A stretch of DNA of 64,000 nt from an uncultured Clostridia bacterium (GTDB taxonomy: Bacteria; Bacillota; Clostridia; TANB77; CAG-508). The notes below the pieces were generated by a model. It saw only the letters and a program-made list of their open reading frames with translations. It did no database searches and was not told the DNA's origin. Within the stretch, counting starts at the first letter, position 1, and every line of letters starts with the position of its first letter. Below, piece after piece: positions 1 to 10,675 of the stretch. The stretch lies in contig CALXJJ010000005.1 in the NCBI GenBank assembly GCA_944388605.1, positions 5,966-69,965 of the forward strand, written 5' to 3'. The position numbers and the translations under genes are program-made.

Positions 1-536
1 CAAAGAAAATAGTAGGAATAGAAATACAAGAAGAAGTAGCAGAAATGGCAAGAAGAAGTGTGTTATTAAATTTACTGCAAGATAGAATAGAAATAAAAAA
101 TGAAGATATAAATAATTTAGATAAAATATATAATCACAAAGAATTTGATTATGTTATAACAAATCCACCATACAAAAAAATAGGAACAGGGGAAAAAAGT
201 AATCAAAAAAAAGAATTAATATCAAGACATGAAATAAAAGCAAATTTTGAGGACTTTGTAAAAGCAACTAAATATTTGTTAAAAGATAATGGTACAATGT
301 TTTGTATACATAGGCCAGAGAGAATAACAGAAATTATAACAACCTTAAAAAAATATAAATTAGAACCAAAAGAAATGAAATTTGTATATCCGAAAAAAGG
401 AAAAAATGCAAATTTGGTATTAATAAAAAGCATAAAAAATGCAAAAGAATTTTTAATAGTTAAAGAGCCTTTATATGTATATGATGAGAATATGAAATAT
501 ACTAAAGAGATTCTTAAAATATATGAAAATAGTTAA
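1..536 (+). CDS. N6-adenine (NPPY-motif) methyltransferase, YabB/YfiC-like; 5' end truncated by the window edge
   Basis: NPPY motif (VITNPPYKK). The frame is open to position 1. Conserved yabB-rsmI-abrB synteny. Confidence 0.7.
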   Translation, partial: KKIVGIEIQEEVAEMARRSVLLNLLQDRIEIKNEDINNLDKIYNHKEFDYVITNPPYKKIGTGEKSNQKKELISRHEIKANFEDFVKATKYLLKDNGTMFCIHRPERITEIITTLKKYKLEPKEMKFVYPKKGKNANLVLIKSIKNAKEFLIVKEPLYVYDENMKYTKEILKIYENS

Positions 537-566
537 AATAAAAAATTAAAAGGAATGAAATGTAAA

Positions 567-1406
567 ATGGATAAAGGAATATTATTTTTAGTAGCAACTC
601 CAATAGGAAATTTAGGAGACATAACAATAAGAGCGTTAAAAACTTTAAAAGAGGTAGATTATATAGTTGCAGAGGATACAAGACAAACTTTAAAGTTATT
701 AAATCATTTTGAAATATCAAAACCACTTTTAAGTTATCACAGACATAGTTCAGAAAGTAAAGAAATAGAAATAATACAATTATTAATAAAAGGAAAGAAT
801 ATAGCCATAGTTTCAGATGCAGGCACTCCTGCTATATCAGATCCTGGAGAAAAATTGGTAAAAAGAGCAATAGAAAACAATATAAAAATTGAGCCAATTC
901 CTGGAGCTTGCGCATTAATAAATGCTTTGATAGCATCAGGATTAGATACGGACAAATTTGCATTTTATGGTTTTTTACCACAAAACAATAAAAATAGAAA
1001 AGAAATTTTAGAGCAAATTAAACAAGAGAATAAAACTTTAATTTTATATGAAGCACCACATAAAATTAAAGAAACATTGATTGATTTATCTGATATATTA
1101 GGATCTAGAAAAATTGTTCTAGCTAGAGAAATAACAAAGATTCACGAAGAATATATTAGAGGAAATATTGATGATGTAATAAAAAATGTAGAAAATCCTA
1201 AAGGAGAATATGTTATAATTATAGAAAAAAGTAGTTTAAATAAAAAAGAGAAAGAAATAGAATTATTAAATAATAAAACACTTGAAGAACATTATGAATA
1301 TTATAAAAATAAAGGGATTGAAAAAAAGGAAATAATTAAAAAAATAGCAAAAGATAGAAATGTACAGAGAAATGAAATATATAAATATTTTTTAAATTAT
1401 AATTAA
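567..1406 (+). CDS. rsmI: 16S rRNA (cytidine1402-2'-O)-methyltransferase RsmI
   Basis: Tetrapyrrole-methylase-fold N-terminus (LFLVATPIGNLGDIT). About 280 aa. An ATG at 555 is an alternative start. Confidence 0.8.
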   Translation: MDKGILFLVATPIGNLGDITIRALKTLKEVDYIVAEDTRQTLKLLNHFEISKPLLSYHRHSSESKEIEIIQLLIKGKNIAIVSDAGTPAISDPGEKLVKRAIENNIKIEPIPGACALINALIASGLDTDKFAFYGFLPQNNKNRKEILEQIKQENKTLILYEAPHKIKETLIDLSDILGSRKIVLAREITKIHEEYIRGNIDDVIKNVENPKGEYVIIIEKSSLNKKEKEIELLNNKTLEEHYEYYKNKGIEKKEIIKKIAKDRNVQRNEIYKYFLNYN

Positions 1407-1591
1407 TTATATAATTGTTAAAAAAGTTTTATTAGAAGAGAGAGTACTAATTTAACTATGAATTTGAAGAAAAGCCAAAAAAGATTAATAAATAAAAAAG
1501 TTAAAGATTTTTTAATAAATATTCCTAAAATAAAAAAGTTATTTACTTAAAATATTAAAATTTTATAGTAATAACTTTATTTTTTTAGATT

Positions 1592-1852
1592 CTATCCCTT
1601 AGAATCATTTATAATCTTAGTAATTTGTTTTGCACATTTAGTACAAATTAGTTTATCTTTATATGGAGTTAACCCTTTAGAATTTCCACAAAAAATACAA
1701 TGGGGTTCACTCTTTTTTAATATTATAGAATTACCGTCAACATATATTTCTATGGGATCTTTTTCTGCAATACCGAACTGATTCCTAATTTCTATAGGAA
1801 TAACAACTCTACCTAATTCGTCCACTCTTCTAACAATTCCAGTCGATTTCAT
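1592..1852 (-). CDS. abrB: AbrB family transition-state regulator
   Basis: N-terminal swapped-hairpin motif GIVRRVDELGRVVIPIEIR. Sits downstream of rsmI as in Bacillus. Confidence 0.85.
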   Translation of the reverse strand: MKSTGIVRRVDELGRVVIPIEIRNQFGIAEKDPIEIYVDGNSIILKKSEPHCIFCGNSKGLTPYKDKLICTKCAKQITKIINDSKG

Positions 1853-1997
1853 ACAAAATCCTCCTTAAAACAACAAATTTCGACAACAACATAATTATCA
1901 TAACACAAAATATGGAAAAAAGCAATATAATAAAAACATAAAAAACATATTTAATAAATAGAGCATAAAAAATATAGCTTGGAATAATATTTAATAG

Positions 1998-2594
1998 GTG
2001 ATTAAATTGTTAAATATATTATGGCCAATTATAATTATTATATCCATAATTTTTGCTATAATTTCAGGTAATATGGAAAAATTAAATTCATCAATCTTTG
2101 AATCTTGTGGTACTGCAATACAATTAAGTATATCATTATTAGGAACAATATGTTTATGGAATGGAATTATGCAAATAGTACAAGATAGTAGTTTAATAAA
2201 AAAAATAACAAAATTGCTACAACCAATATTCAGATTTTTATTTCCAGACATAAAAGAAGGCTCAAAAGAAAATAAAGAGATATCACTAAATATAATTGCA
2301 AACATTTTAGGACTAGGAAATGCTGCTACACCTTTAGGACTAAAAGCAATGAAAACAATGCAAGAAAAGAACAGTAATAAAGATACTTTAACTAACTCTA
2401 TGGCAATGTTCATAATACTTAATACAGCTTCTTTACAATTGATACCTACAACAGTGATTGCAATTAGAAATTCATTAGGGTCACAAAATCCCACATCAAT
2501 AATTGTTCCTGTATGGATATCAACAATATGTGCAGGTATTGCTGGAATAACATTAGCAAAAATATTTATAAGAAAATCGAAAACTAAAAATTAA
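1998..2594 (+). CDS. spmA: Spore maturation protein A (nucleoside-recognition membrane protein)
   Basis: Polytopic membrane protein paired with spmB. A TTG at 2007 with an AGGTGA RBS is an alternative start. Confidence 0.7.
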   Translation: MIKLLNILWPIIIIISIIFAIISGNMEKLNSSIFESCGTAIQLSISLLGTICLWNGIMQIVQDSSLIKKITKLLQPIFRFLFPDIKEGSKENKEISLNIIANILGLGNAATPLGLKAMKTMQEKNSNKDTLTNSMAMFIILNTASLQLIPTTVIAIRNSLGSQNPTSIIVPVWISTICAGIAGITLAKIFIRKSKTKN

Positions 2595-2608
2595 GGTGGA
2601 AGAGAAAA

Positions 2609-3136
2609 GTGAAAATTATTAATTATGTGTCAGTAATAGCAATACCAAGCATTATTTTACTAATACTATTATATGCTTTTATGGAAAAAAACAAAGTATT
2701 TGATATATTTTTAAAAGGAGCTAAAGAGGGATTACAAATAGTATTACAAATATTTCCAACACTTGTAGGAATATTTGTAGCGGTAGGAGTTCTTAGAAGT
2801 TCTGGAGTTTTAGATGCAATAATAAACTTTGTATCACCTATAACAAATTTACTAAAAATTCCTAGCCAGATAATGCCACTTGCATTAATAAGACCTATTT
2901 CAGGAAGTGCATCTTTAGCAGTTGCAACAGATATATTAAATACTTATGGAGTAGATAGTACGATAGGTTTAATTGCATCAACAATAATGGGATCTACTGA
3001 AACTACTTTTTATACAATAGCTGTTTATACAAGCGCAGTAGGTATAAAAAAAATTCGATTTGTATTATTAGTAGCATTAATAGCTGATATAGTTGGAATG
3101 ATTACTTCTGTAGTTTTATGGGGAATTATGTCGTAA
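2609..3136 (+). CDS. spmB: Spore maturation protein B
   Basis: Polytopic membrane protein immediately after spmA. Confidence 0.7.
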   Translation: MKIINYVSVIAIPSIILLILLYAFMEKNKVFDIFLKGAKEGLQIVLQIFPTLVGIFVAVGVLRSSGVLDAIINFVSPITNLLKIPSQIMPLALIRPISGSASLAVATDILNTYGVDSTIGLIASTIMGSTETTFYTIAVYTSAVGIKKIRFVLLVALIADIVGMITSVVLWGIMS

Positions 3137-3381
3137 AAATTTTGTTGACAAAAACATAATATAGTTATAAAATATTATATAAATTAATTCATAAGGAAAT
3201 AGAAATGTTAATTGATATTTTATTATTCATAATTATTTATATATCTATTAAAAAGATTATAATTCTTATAGGGTCCCATATTATAAAGAAAAAATTAAAT
3301 ATAATTAGTAGAGGCAATAGTACTTATTTAAAATAATATTATGTCCTTAGAAATAATTTGTACTAACCTCTACTTTATATA

Positions 3382-3861
3382 TTAATGATGATAATTTTCA
3401 TTATTTAGAATTTTAAAAGAACGGAATAGTTGTTCTAGCAAAAAAATTCTAATTAATTGATGAGGAAATGTCATTTTTGAAAAAGAAATAGATTCATTAC
3501 AAGAATTTATTAATTTATTAGTTAAACCTAAACTTCCTCCAATAACAAAAGTGATATGACTATTGCTTAAGCAAATATTATCAATATGAGAAGCAAACTT
3601 TTCAGAACTATATTGCTTCCCAAGCGAATCTAAACAAATTATATAACTATCTTTTTTTATATGTAGTAAAATAGAATTACATTCTTTTTCTTTGATATCT
3701 TGAATAATCTTTTCATTTAGTTTATTAGGTAAAGAAATATCAGGAAGCTCTATTACCTTTAAATTACAATATTTAGATAACCTTTTAGAATATTCCATGC
3801 AAGCATCTTTTAAATAACCTTCTTTTAATTTTCCAATACATATAATATTTATATGCAACAT
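3382..3861 (-). CDS. rlmH: 23S rRNA (pseudouridine1915-N3)-methyltransferase RlmH (SPOUT)
   Basis: 159 aa YbeA-like sequence. GGAGG RBS. Follows a yycJ-like gene as in B. subtilis. Confidence 0.8.
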   Translation of the reverse strand: MLHINIICIGKLKEGYLKDACMEYSKRLSKYCNLKVIELPDISLPNKLNEKIIQDIKEKECNSILLHIKKDSYIICLDSLGKQYSSEKFASHIDNICLSNSHITFVIGGSLGLTNKLINSCNESISFSKMTFPHQLIRIFLLEQLFRSFKILNNENYHH

Positions 3862-3875
3862 ATTAAACCTCCAAA

Positions 3876-4667
3876 TTAAGCAATTTCTATAAATTTACTT
3901 GTGCATTCTCTATTTGCTACAGAGAGGCTAAGTGAAGATTCATCATAATTACTATGAATTAATTCTTCAACTACTGTTTTATATGCAAGCTCAGGAAAAT
4001 TATTTTCTTTACTAAGATGACCAAGCAAGACTTCTTTTAGACCATATTTTAATAAATATGCAATAGTTTTTCCAGCCATATAATTAGGAAGATGACCATT
4101 AGGTCCTGCTATTCTTTTTTTCAAAGAATATGGATATCGAGAGCATTTAAGAACATTAGGATCATAATTTGATTCTAACATGATAAAAGAACTACCTTCA
4201 AGTTGATTAATTATAGAATTAGACATATGACCTAAGTCTGTAGCAATACTAATTTTTTTATTATTATGAGATATATTAAATCCACAAGGATCAATAGCAT
4301 CATGTGGAATGGAAAAAGGATGTATTGTTAAATCTCCAATTTCAAAATTTTCACCAGATGTAAAATTTTTTTTATTATTATTCAATACTTTATCACGTTG
4401 TTCTGGCATAGCATCCCAAGTCTTGGAAGTTGCATATACAGGGATATTATATTTTTTAGACATAGTACCAAGTCCTTTAACATGGTCTTGATGTTCATGA
4501 GTTACTAAAATTGCATCTATCTCGTTTGGTGATATATGTATATTTTCTAAAGCAATATCAATTTTTTTGGCACTTTCACCAGCATCAATTAATATTTTAG
4601 TATTTTTAGATTCTATAAGTAAGCTATTTCCAGTACTACCACTGTATAAGCTACAAAATTTAAACAT
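3876..4667 (-). CDS. MBL-fold metallo-hydrolase, YycJ/WalJ-like
   Basis: HEHQDH metallo-beta-lactamase motif. 263 aa. Sits upstream of rlmH. Confidence 0.75.
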   Translation of the reverse strand: MFKFCSLYSGSTGNSLLIESKNTKILIDAGESAKKIDIALENIHISPNEIDAILVTHEHQDHVKGLGTMSKKYNIPVYATSKTWDAMPEQRDKVLNNNKKNFTSGENFEIGDLTIHPFSIPHDAIDPCGFNISHNNKKISIATDLGHMSNSIINQLEGSSFIMLESNYDPNVLKCSRYPYSLKKRIAGPNGHLPNYMAGKTIAYLLKYGLKEVLLGHLSKENNFPELAYKTVVEELIHSNYDESSLSLSVANRECTSKFIEIA

Positions 4668-4693
4668 AAGTATTCATCCTTTGCAATATAATC

Positions 4694-5956
4694 TTATTCA
4701 GAAACCCTTTGAATTTTAGCTCCAAGTTTTCTAAATTTTTCTTCTATGTTTTCATATCCTCTATCAATATGATGTATATTATAAATTTCTGTTTCACCAT
4801 TAGCTATAATTCCAGCAATAATAAGAGCTGCACCAGCACGTAAATCAGAAGAATAAACCGGTGATCCAGAAAGAGATTTTACACCTTCAAAAACGGCTGT
4901 TTTGCCTTGAGGAGTAATTTTGGCTCCCATTTTATTAAGTTCAGCTGTATATTGGAATCTTGATTCCCATATACTTTCATTAATTATACTAGTTCCATCT
5001 GCTATTGAGAAAACTACTCCCATTTGAGGTTGCATATCTGTTGGAAATCCTGGATATGGTGCAGTTTTAATATTTGCTTTAAGAGGTCTTTTATTGCACC
5101 ATATACGTATAGTATCTCCACCATCTGTTTCTACATTTGCACCCATTTCTATTATTTTAGCTGTAATTGATTCTAAATGTTTTGTTATACAATTTTTAAT
5201 TGTTATATCTCCTCTACTGGCAACAGCAGAAAGCATAAATGTACCAGCTTCTATTTGATCTGGAACTATGGAATAAGAAGCATTACCATGTAGTTGTTTT
5301 ACACCATTTATTTTAATAACATCAGTACCAGCTCCTCTTATATCTGCTCCCATAGTATTTAAAAAGTTAGCAACATCGACAATATGAGGTTCTTTAGCAA
5401 CATTTTCTATAACAGTTGTACCTTCTGCTAGTACAGAAGCAAGCATAGCATTTATTGTTGCTCCTACAGATACAACATCCATATATATAGAATTACCAAT
5501 TAACTTTTTGGCTTTAGCTGTTATTTTACCTTGGCTAATATCAACTTTAGCACCTAAAGCTTCAAAAGCTTTAGCATGTTGGTCAATTGGTCTAGCTCCT
5601 AAATTGCAACCACCAGGTAAACCTACAGTTGCAGAAAGTTTTCTACCAAGAAGAGAACCAATTAAATAATAAGATGCTCTAAATTTACTAGTTTTATCTA
5701 AAGGTGCATTAGAAGAAATAATAGAAGAAGTATCTATACTTAATTCATGTTCTCCTAGCCATTCAACTTTAGCACCTAAATCTTTTAATATATCACATGA
5801 AATTTTAACATCACTAATATTAGGTACATTTTCCAATACGCATTTTCCGTTTATTAATATAGTAGCAGGAATAATTGCTACTGCTGCATTTTTTGCACCA
5901 CTGATTATTACATTTCCTTTTAATCTTGTTGGACCTTTAACTACTAGTTTATCCAA
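4694..5956 (-). CDS. murA: UDP-N-acetylglucosamine 1-carboxyvinyltransferase
   Basis: EPSP-synthase-fold MurA sequence (KGPTRLKGNVIISGAKNAA). Start chosen at TTG 5956 with a GAAAGGAA RBS. The six-frame ORF extends to 6013. Confidence 0.85.
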   Translation of the reverse strand: MDKLVVKGPTRLKGNVIISGAKNAAVAIIPATILINGKCVLENVPNISDVKISCDILKDLGAKVEWLGEHELSIDTSSIISSNAPLDKTSKFRASYYLIGSLLGRKLSATVGLPGGCNLGARPIDQHAKAFEALGAKVDISQGKITAKAKKLIGNSIYMDVVSVGATINAMLASVLAEGTTVIENVAKEPHIVDVANFLNTMGADIRGAGTDVIKINGVKQLHGNASYSIVPDQIEAGTFMLSAVASRGDITIKNCITKHLESITAKIIEMGANVETDGGDTIRIWCNKRPLKANIKTAPYPGFPTDMQPQMGVVFSIADGTSIINESIWESRFQYTAELNKMGAKITPQGKTAVFEGVKSLSGSPVYSSDLRAGAALIIAGIIANGETEIYNIHHIDRGYENIEEKFRKLGAKIQRVSE

Positions 5957-6049
5957 TTGTATATCATTCCTTTCGTATATGTTAAAAATACTACATCGAA
6001 ATATATATATCACAAAGTGATAATTTTTACAATATAAAAAATGAATAAA

Positions 6050-6700
6050 TTACTTTTTAGCTGTTAAAATTTTATTATCTTGGAACCATTCAAGTATTTT
6101 AAATTTAAATGTAAAACCAGCCTTTTTTTCGTTATTTATTAAATTATATTCTTCATTAGATAAATTATCTTTTATAACTTCTTTAGATTCTTTAGGTACA
6201 ATACCAGAGGTTACATCAACAAAACACAATGGAGGAAACATTACACACCACCAATTTTGACCTTTTGCTTCTCCTATTTCTACACGTAATGCATCATATG
6301 TCCCAGCTGGTAAAGAAATGTCGCCATAATTTTTAGTTGGGAAATTATATTTTCCAATATTTACATTAACAGAATAATTAAATCCATTTTCATATACTAC
6401 ATTTTGAGCTATATTTTGTAAAACTTCAATGTTTTCATTAGCTATTTTCATAGCTTCTTCTTTTGAGCAAGTATTGCTACAAAGAGAGTTCATATATTCA
6501 ATTAATTTATCACGCACTAAATATTTTAAATTTTGATCTTCATTAGAATCACTATTAGCAATAACATGAAGTCTAAAAACACTATCTGCTATATCAGATG
6601 AAACAGTTTGAGCATATGAACTAGCACATAAAAATGTATACAAAAATAATAGAAGAAATAAACAAGAGATTAATACAAATAATTTAAAAAATTTTTTCAA
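6050..6700 (-). CDS. spoIIR: Stage II sporulation protein R
   Basis: SpoIIR core (RLHVIANSDSNEDQ). Signal peptide. A TTG start at 6700 behind a GGAGG RBS is more likely than the ATG at 6715. Confidence 0.75.
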   Translation of the reverse strand: MKKFFKLFVLISCLFLLLFLYTFLCASSYAQTVSSDIADSVFRLHVIANSDSNEDQNLKYLVRDKLIEYMNSLCSNTCSKEEAMKIANENIEVLQNIAQNVVYENGFNYSVNVNIGKYNFPTKNYGDISLPAGTYDALRVEIGEAKGQNWWCVMFPPLCFVDVTSGIVPKESKEVIKDNLSNEEYNLINNEKKAGFTFKFKILEWFQDNKILTAKK

Positions 6701-6932
6701 TTTAAAAACCTCCATACATAAGCAATAAATAATGCTTATAAAATTTATTAATAGAATTATTTACTTTTTTAAAGAAATTATACATAAATGGAAAAAAATT
6801 TTATTGAAATATTACAACAAAATTACACGTATTTAAAAGACTAAAATAGATATAAAACCTTATAAATAGCTATAAATAAGCTAAAAGTCGAAAATAGTCG
6901 GAAATTTAATTTGTAATATTAATGAAATATTA

Positions 6933-6961
6933 TTGACATATTTGGAAATAAATGGTAATAT
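6933..6961 (+). promoter_or_regulatory. Sigma-A type promoter (TTGACA, 17 nt spacer, TAATAT)
   Basis: Near-consensus -35 and -10 hexamers about 35 nt upstream of the 6997 ORF. Confidence 0.5.
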
Positions 6962-6996
6962 TTAGCAAGATAAGAAAATTCTAGGAGGCTTAGATT

Positions 6997-7530
6997 ATGA
7001 GATATGCAAAAGAAAAAGTTGAGAAACTATGTAGTTTCTATGTAAGTGACTGGCACTTAGCAACAATGCTTTTACCGTATATAAATAAGAAAGTAGATGA
7101 AAAAGTAGAAGTTATAGCAATCTTAGAAACCAATTTAAAAGAAAATATAAAAGTACTTTTGAACAAATTAAATTTGAAAAATATGGAAAAAATAGATAAA
7201 ATTGATTTTGATAAAACAAATGCATATAAATATGAAAATATCGTAAAAAAAATAGGAGATAAATTAAATAATGAAATTGTAATTATAGTTAATGGAAATA
7301 AAGAATATATAGAAGCTACAAATAATAATATAAATAAAGTAATTGAAAAAAATATAAATAAAATTAATAAAAAAATAAAGATAGTAAATTGTTATGAAGT
7401 TACAGAATTTAATACAAATATTAAAGAAATTTTAGATGAGCATGATAAAATATTAAATACATCAGGAGAAAAGGAAAAAGGAGAGGTCTTTGAAGGTTAT
7501 AGTGATGTCAAAATAAATGAAGCAAAATAA
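6997..7530 (+). CDS. Hypothetical protein (177 aa, soluble, K/N/E-rich)
   Basis: Intact ORF with an AGGAGG RBS. No family recognised. Confidence 0.5.
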   Translation: MRYAKEKVEKLCSFYVSDWHLATMLLPYINKKVDEKVEVIAILETNLKENIKVLLNKLNLKNMEKIDKIDFDKTNAYKYENIVKKIGDKLNNEIVIIVNGNKEYIEATNNNINKVIEKNINKINKKIKIVNCYEVTEFNTNIKEILDEHDKILNTSGEKEKGEVFEGYSDVKINEAK

Positions 7531-7626
7531 TTAAATAATATTCAAAGAAAATATGAAAAAACATTTGACTTATTGGCATTAAATGATATAATATAGTAGC
7601 AACATCATAAAAAAGGAGCGAAACAT

Positions 7627-8871
7627 ATGAATGAAAAATATGATGCCAGTATGGAAAAAGTAAAAAAATATGGTCAAGAGCATCTTCTGAAATTTTATGA
7701 TAAATTATCAAAAGATGAAAAAGAAAAATTGTTAGATGATATACTTACAATAGATTTACAACAAATAAATAAATTGTATGAACAAACAAAAGTTGAGAAG
7801 AATTTTACATCATCTAAAATAGAACCAATACCATATATTGATAAAACAAAAATGTCAAAAGAAGAATTGGAAAAATATGAGAAAATTGGTGAACATGAAA
7901 TAAGAAAAGGAAAATATGCTGTAGTTACTATGGCAGGAGGACAAGGAACAAGATTAGGGCATAATGGACCAAAAGGAACTTTTGATATAGGATTAGATTC
8001 ACATAAATCTATATTTGAAATATTATGTGACAATTTAAAAATGGCAAAAGAAAAATATAATGTTACAATACCATGGTATATAATGACAAGCGATGAAAAT
8101 AACAAAGAAACAGAAGAGTTCTTTAAGAAGAATAGATATTTTAATTATCCAAAAGAAGCTGTAACTTTTTTTAAACAAGGACAATTACCAATGGTAGATG
8201 AACAAGGTAAAATCTTATTAAACGAACATGGACAAATAAAGCAAGCAGCAGATGGACATGGCGGGATATTTGTTTCAATGAGAAAAAATGGTATTATTTA
8301 TGATATGCAGACACGAGGAATAGAATGGGTATTTATCGGAGGAGTAGATAATGTACTAGCTAAAATGGCAGATCCAATTTTTATAGGAGTAGCAATAGAT
8401 GAAAAAGTACAAGCAGTAGGAAAAAGCATAGTAAAAGTTAGTCCAAAAGAAAAAGTAGGAGTTTTTTGCAAAAGAAATGGAAAACCAAGTGTTATAGAAT
8501 ATACTGAAATTACAGATGAAATGGCAGAAGCTAGAGATAGAAATGGAGAGCTTTTATATGGAGAATCACACGCTTTATGTAATTTATTTAATATAAAAGC
8601 AATAGATATGTTTAGTAAAGACTTTTTACCATATCATAGTGCACATAAAAAAGCATCATATATAAATGAAGATGGTAATATAGTAAAACCAGAAAAACCA
8701 AATGCATATAAATTTGAAGCATTTTTATTTGATGCATTTGAGTCTTTAGATAATATGGCAATTTTAAGAGTTAAAAGAGAAGAGGAGTTTGCACCTGTAA
8801 AAAATTCAGAAGGTGCCGATTCACCTGAAACAGCACGAGAATTATATAATAATTATTGGAAGAATAAATAA
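7627..8871 (+). CDS. UDPGP-family nucleotide-sugar pyrophosphorylase (UDP-GlcNAc/UDP-sugar pyrophosphorylase-like)
   Basis: MAGGQGTRLG nucleotide-binding loop typical of the UAP/UDPGP type 1 family. Confidence 0.7.
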   Translation: MNEKYDASMEKVKKYGQEHLLKFYDKLSKDEKEKLLDDILTIDLQQINKLYEQTKVEKNFTSSKIEPIPYIDKTKMSKEELEKYEKIGEHEIRKGKYAVVTMAGGQGTRLGHNGPKGTFDIGLDSHKSIFEILCDNLKMAKEKYNVTIPWYIMTSDENNKETEEFFKKNRYFNYPKEAVTFFKQGQLPMVDEQGKILLNEHGQIKQAADGHGGIFVSMRKNGIIYDMQTRGIEWVFIGGVDNVLAKMADPIFIGVAIDEKVQAVGKSIVKVSPKEKVGVFCKRNGKPSVIEYTEITDEMAEARDRNGELLYGESHALCNLFNIKAIDMFSKDFLPYHSAHKKASYINEDGNIVKPEKPNAYKFEAFLFDAFESLDNMAILRVKREEEFAPVKNSEGADSPETARELYNNYWKNK

Positions 8872-8940
8872 AATGAGAGACTTCTTAATCGCTCTTAAAA
8901 GGCGAAAGAGGTCTTTTTGTTAAAAGAAAGGATGAAAAAA

Positions 8941-10668
8941 ATGGAATACAAAGAAAAATATAAAGAATGGTGTAATAATCAATTATTTTCAGAAAAAGAA
9001 AAAGAAGAATTGGAATCAATAAAATATAATGACGAAGAAATAAAAGATAGATTTTATAAAGACTTAGAATTTGGAACAGCAGGATTAAGAGGAATAATAG
9101 GAATGGGAACAAATAGAATGAATAATTATACAGTAGGAGTTGCAACACAAGGACTTGCAAACTATATAATTAAAGAGCAAAAACAAAATAGACCAGTAGT
9201 AATTTCATATGATTCAAGGCATATGTCAAAAGAATTTAGTAGAGAAGTAGCACTTTGTTTAAATGGAAATGGAATAAAAACATATATTTTTGAAGAATTA
9301 CGACCTGTTCCAGAATTATCGTTTACAGTCAGAAAACTTGGAGCAATAGCTGGAATTATGATTACAGCTAGTCATAATCCACCAGAATACAATGGATATA
9401 AGGTATATTGGGAAGATGGTGCACAAATTGTAGCCCCAAAAGATATGCAAATAATAGAAGAAGTAAGAAAAGTGAAAGATTTTTCAGAAATAAAAAAAAT
9501 GAATCAGGAGGAAGCTATACAAAATGGATATTACAATATAATAGGGAAAGAAATAGATAAACAATATAAAGAAGAACTAAAAAAATTAGTATTAAATCCA
9601 GATATAATAAGAAAAGTGCAAAAAGATGTAAGAATAGTTTATACACCTTTACATGGAACAGGAATAAAAATTGTACCAGATTTATTAAAAGAACTAGGAT
9701 TTGAAAATGTTTATGTAGTACCAGAACAAGAAAAACCGGATGGAGATTTTCCAACAGTTAGTTATCCAAATCCAGAAGATCCAAAAGCTTTTGAGCTAGC
9801 ATTAAAGCTTGCAAAAAAAGTTAATGCCGATGTAGTATTAGCTACAGATCCAGATGCAGATAGATTAGGTGTATTTTCAAAAGATGATAAAACAGGAGAA
9901 TATATTACATATACAGGGAATATGTCTGCATTACTTATTGCAGAATACGAATTAAGTCAAAGAAAAGAAAAAGGAATATTACCAGAAAACGGAGCTATGA
10001 TAAAAACAGTAGTATCATCAAACTTAGCAGATGCAATAGCAAGAGAATATAAATTGAAATTAATAGAGGTATTAACAGGATTTAAATATATAGGAGAACA
10101 AATAAAACATTTTGATATGACTAAAAAATATAGCTATCAATTTGGATTTGAAGAAAGTTATGGATGTTTATTTGGAACATATGCTAGAGATAAAGATGGA
10201 ATTGCAGCTGTTATGGCTCTTTGTGAACTTACAGCATACTACAAATCACAAGGAAAAAGTTTATGGAGTCAAATGATAGAAATATATGAAAAATATGGAT
10301 ATTATAAAGAATCGCAAGTATCTATAATATTAAAGGGTGCTGATGGAGCAGAAAAAATACAACAAATAATGAAAAAATTAAGAGAAGATGAGCCAAAGGA
10401 TATAGATGGAAGAAAAATATTAAAAATAAAAGATTTTCAAATAGATAAAATAAAGGACTTTGTAAATAAAGAAGAAACAAAAACAGGATTACCAAGATCA
10501 AATGTGTTATATTATGAATTGGAAAATGATGAATGGTGTGCAATAAGACCATCAGGAACAGAACCTAAAATAAAATTATATGTTGGTGTAAAAACAAATA
10601 GTATGAAAGATTCAGAAGAAGCACTTAAAAAATTAACAAATTATATGAAAGGAAGAATAGAAGAGTAA
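8941..10668 (+). CDS. Phosphoglucomutase/phosphomannomutase (alpha-D-phosphohexomutase)
   Basis: Active-site loop TASHNPPEYNGYK. Start taken at ATG 8941 after an AAAGAAAGG RBS. The ORF track starts at TTG 8917. Confidence 0.85.
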   Translation: MEYKEKYKEWCNNQLFSEKEKEELESIKYNDEEIKDRFYKDLEFGTAGLRGIIGMGTNRMNNYTVGVATQGLANYIIKEQKQNRPVVISYDSRHMSKEFSREVALCLNGNGIKTYIFEELRPVPELSFTVRKLGAIAGIMITASHNPPEYNGYKVYWEDGAQIVAPKDMQIIEEVRKVKDFSEIKKMNQEEAIQNGYYNIIGKEIDKQYKEELKKLVLNPDIIRKVQKDVRIVYTPLHGTGIKIVPDLLKELGFENVYVVPEQEKPDGDFPTVSYPNPEDPKAFELALKLAKKVNADVVLATDPDADRLGVFSKDDKTGEYITYTGNMSALLIAEYELSQRKEKGILPENGAMIKTVVSSNLADAIAREYKLKLIEVLTGFKYIGEQIKHFDMTKKYSYQFGFEESYGCLFGTYARDKDGIAAVMALCELTAYYKSQGKSLWSQMIEIYEKYGYYKESQVSIILKGADGAEKIQQIMKKLREDEPKDIDGRKILKIKDFQIDKIKDFVNKEETKTGLPRSNVLYYELENDEWCAIRPSGTEPKIKLYVGVKTNSMKDSEEALKKLTNYMKGRIEE

Positions 10669-10675
10669 AACTCTT

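Noticed and set aside
1991-2494. 167-aa minus-strand ORF
   Set aside because: It is antisense to spmA with no RBS. spmA on the plus strand has paired context with spmB.
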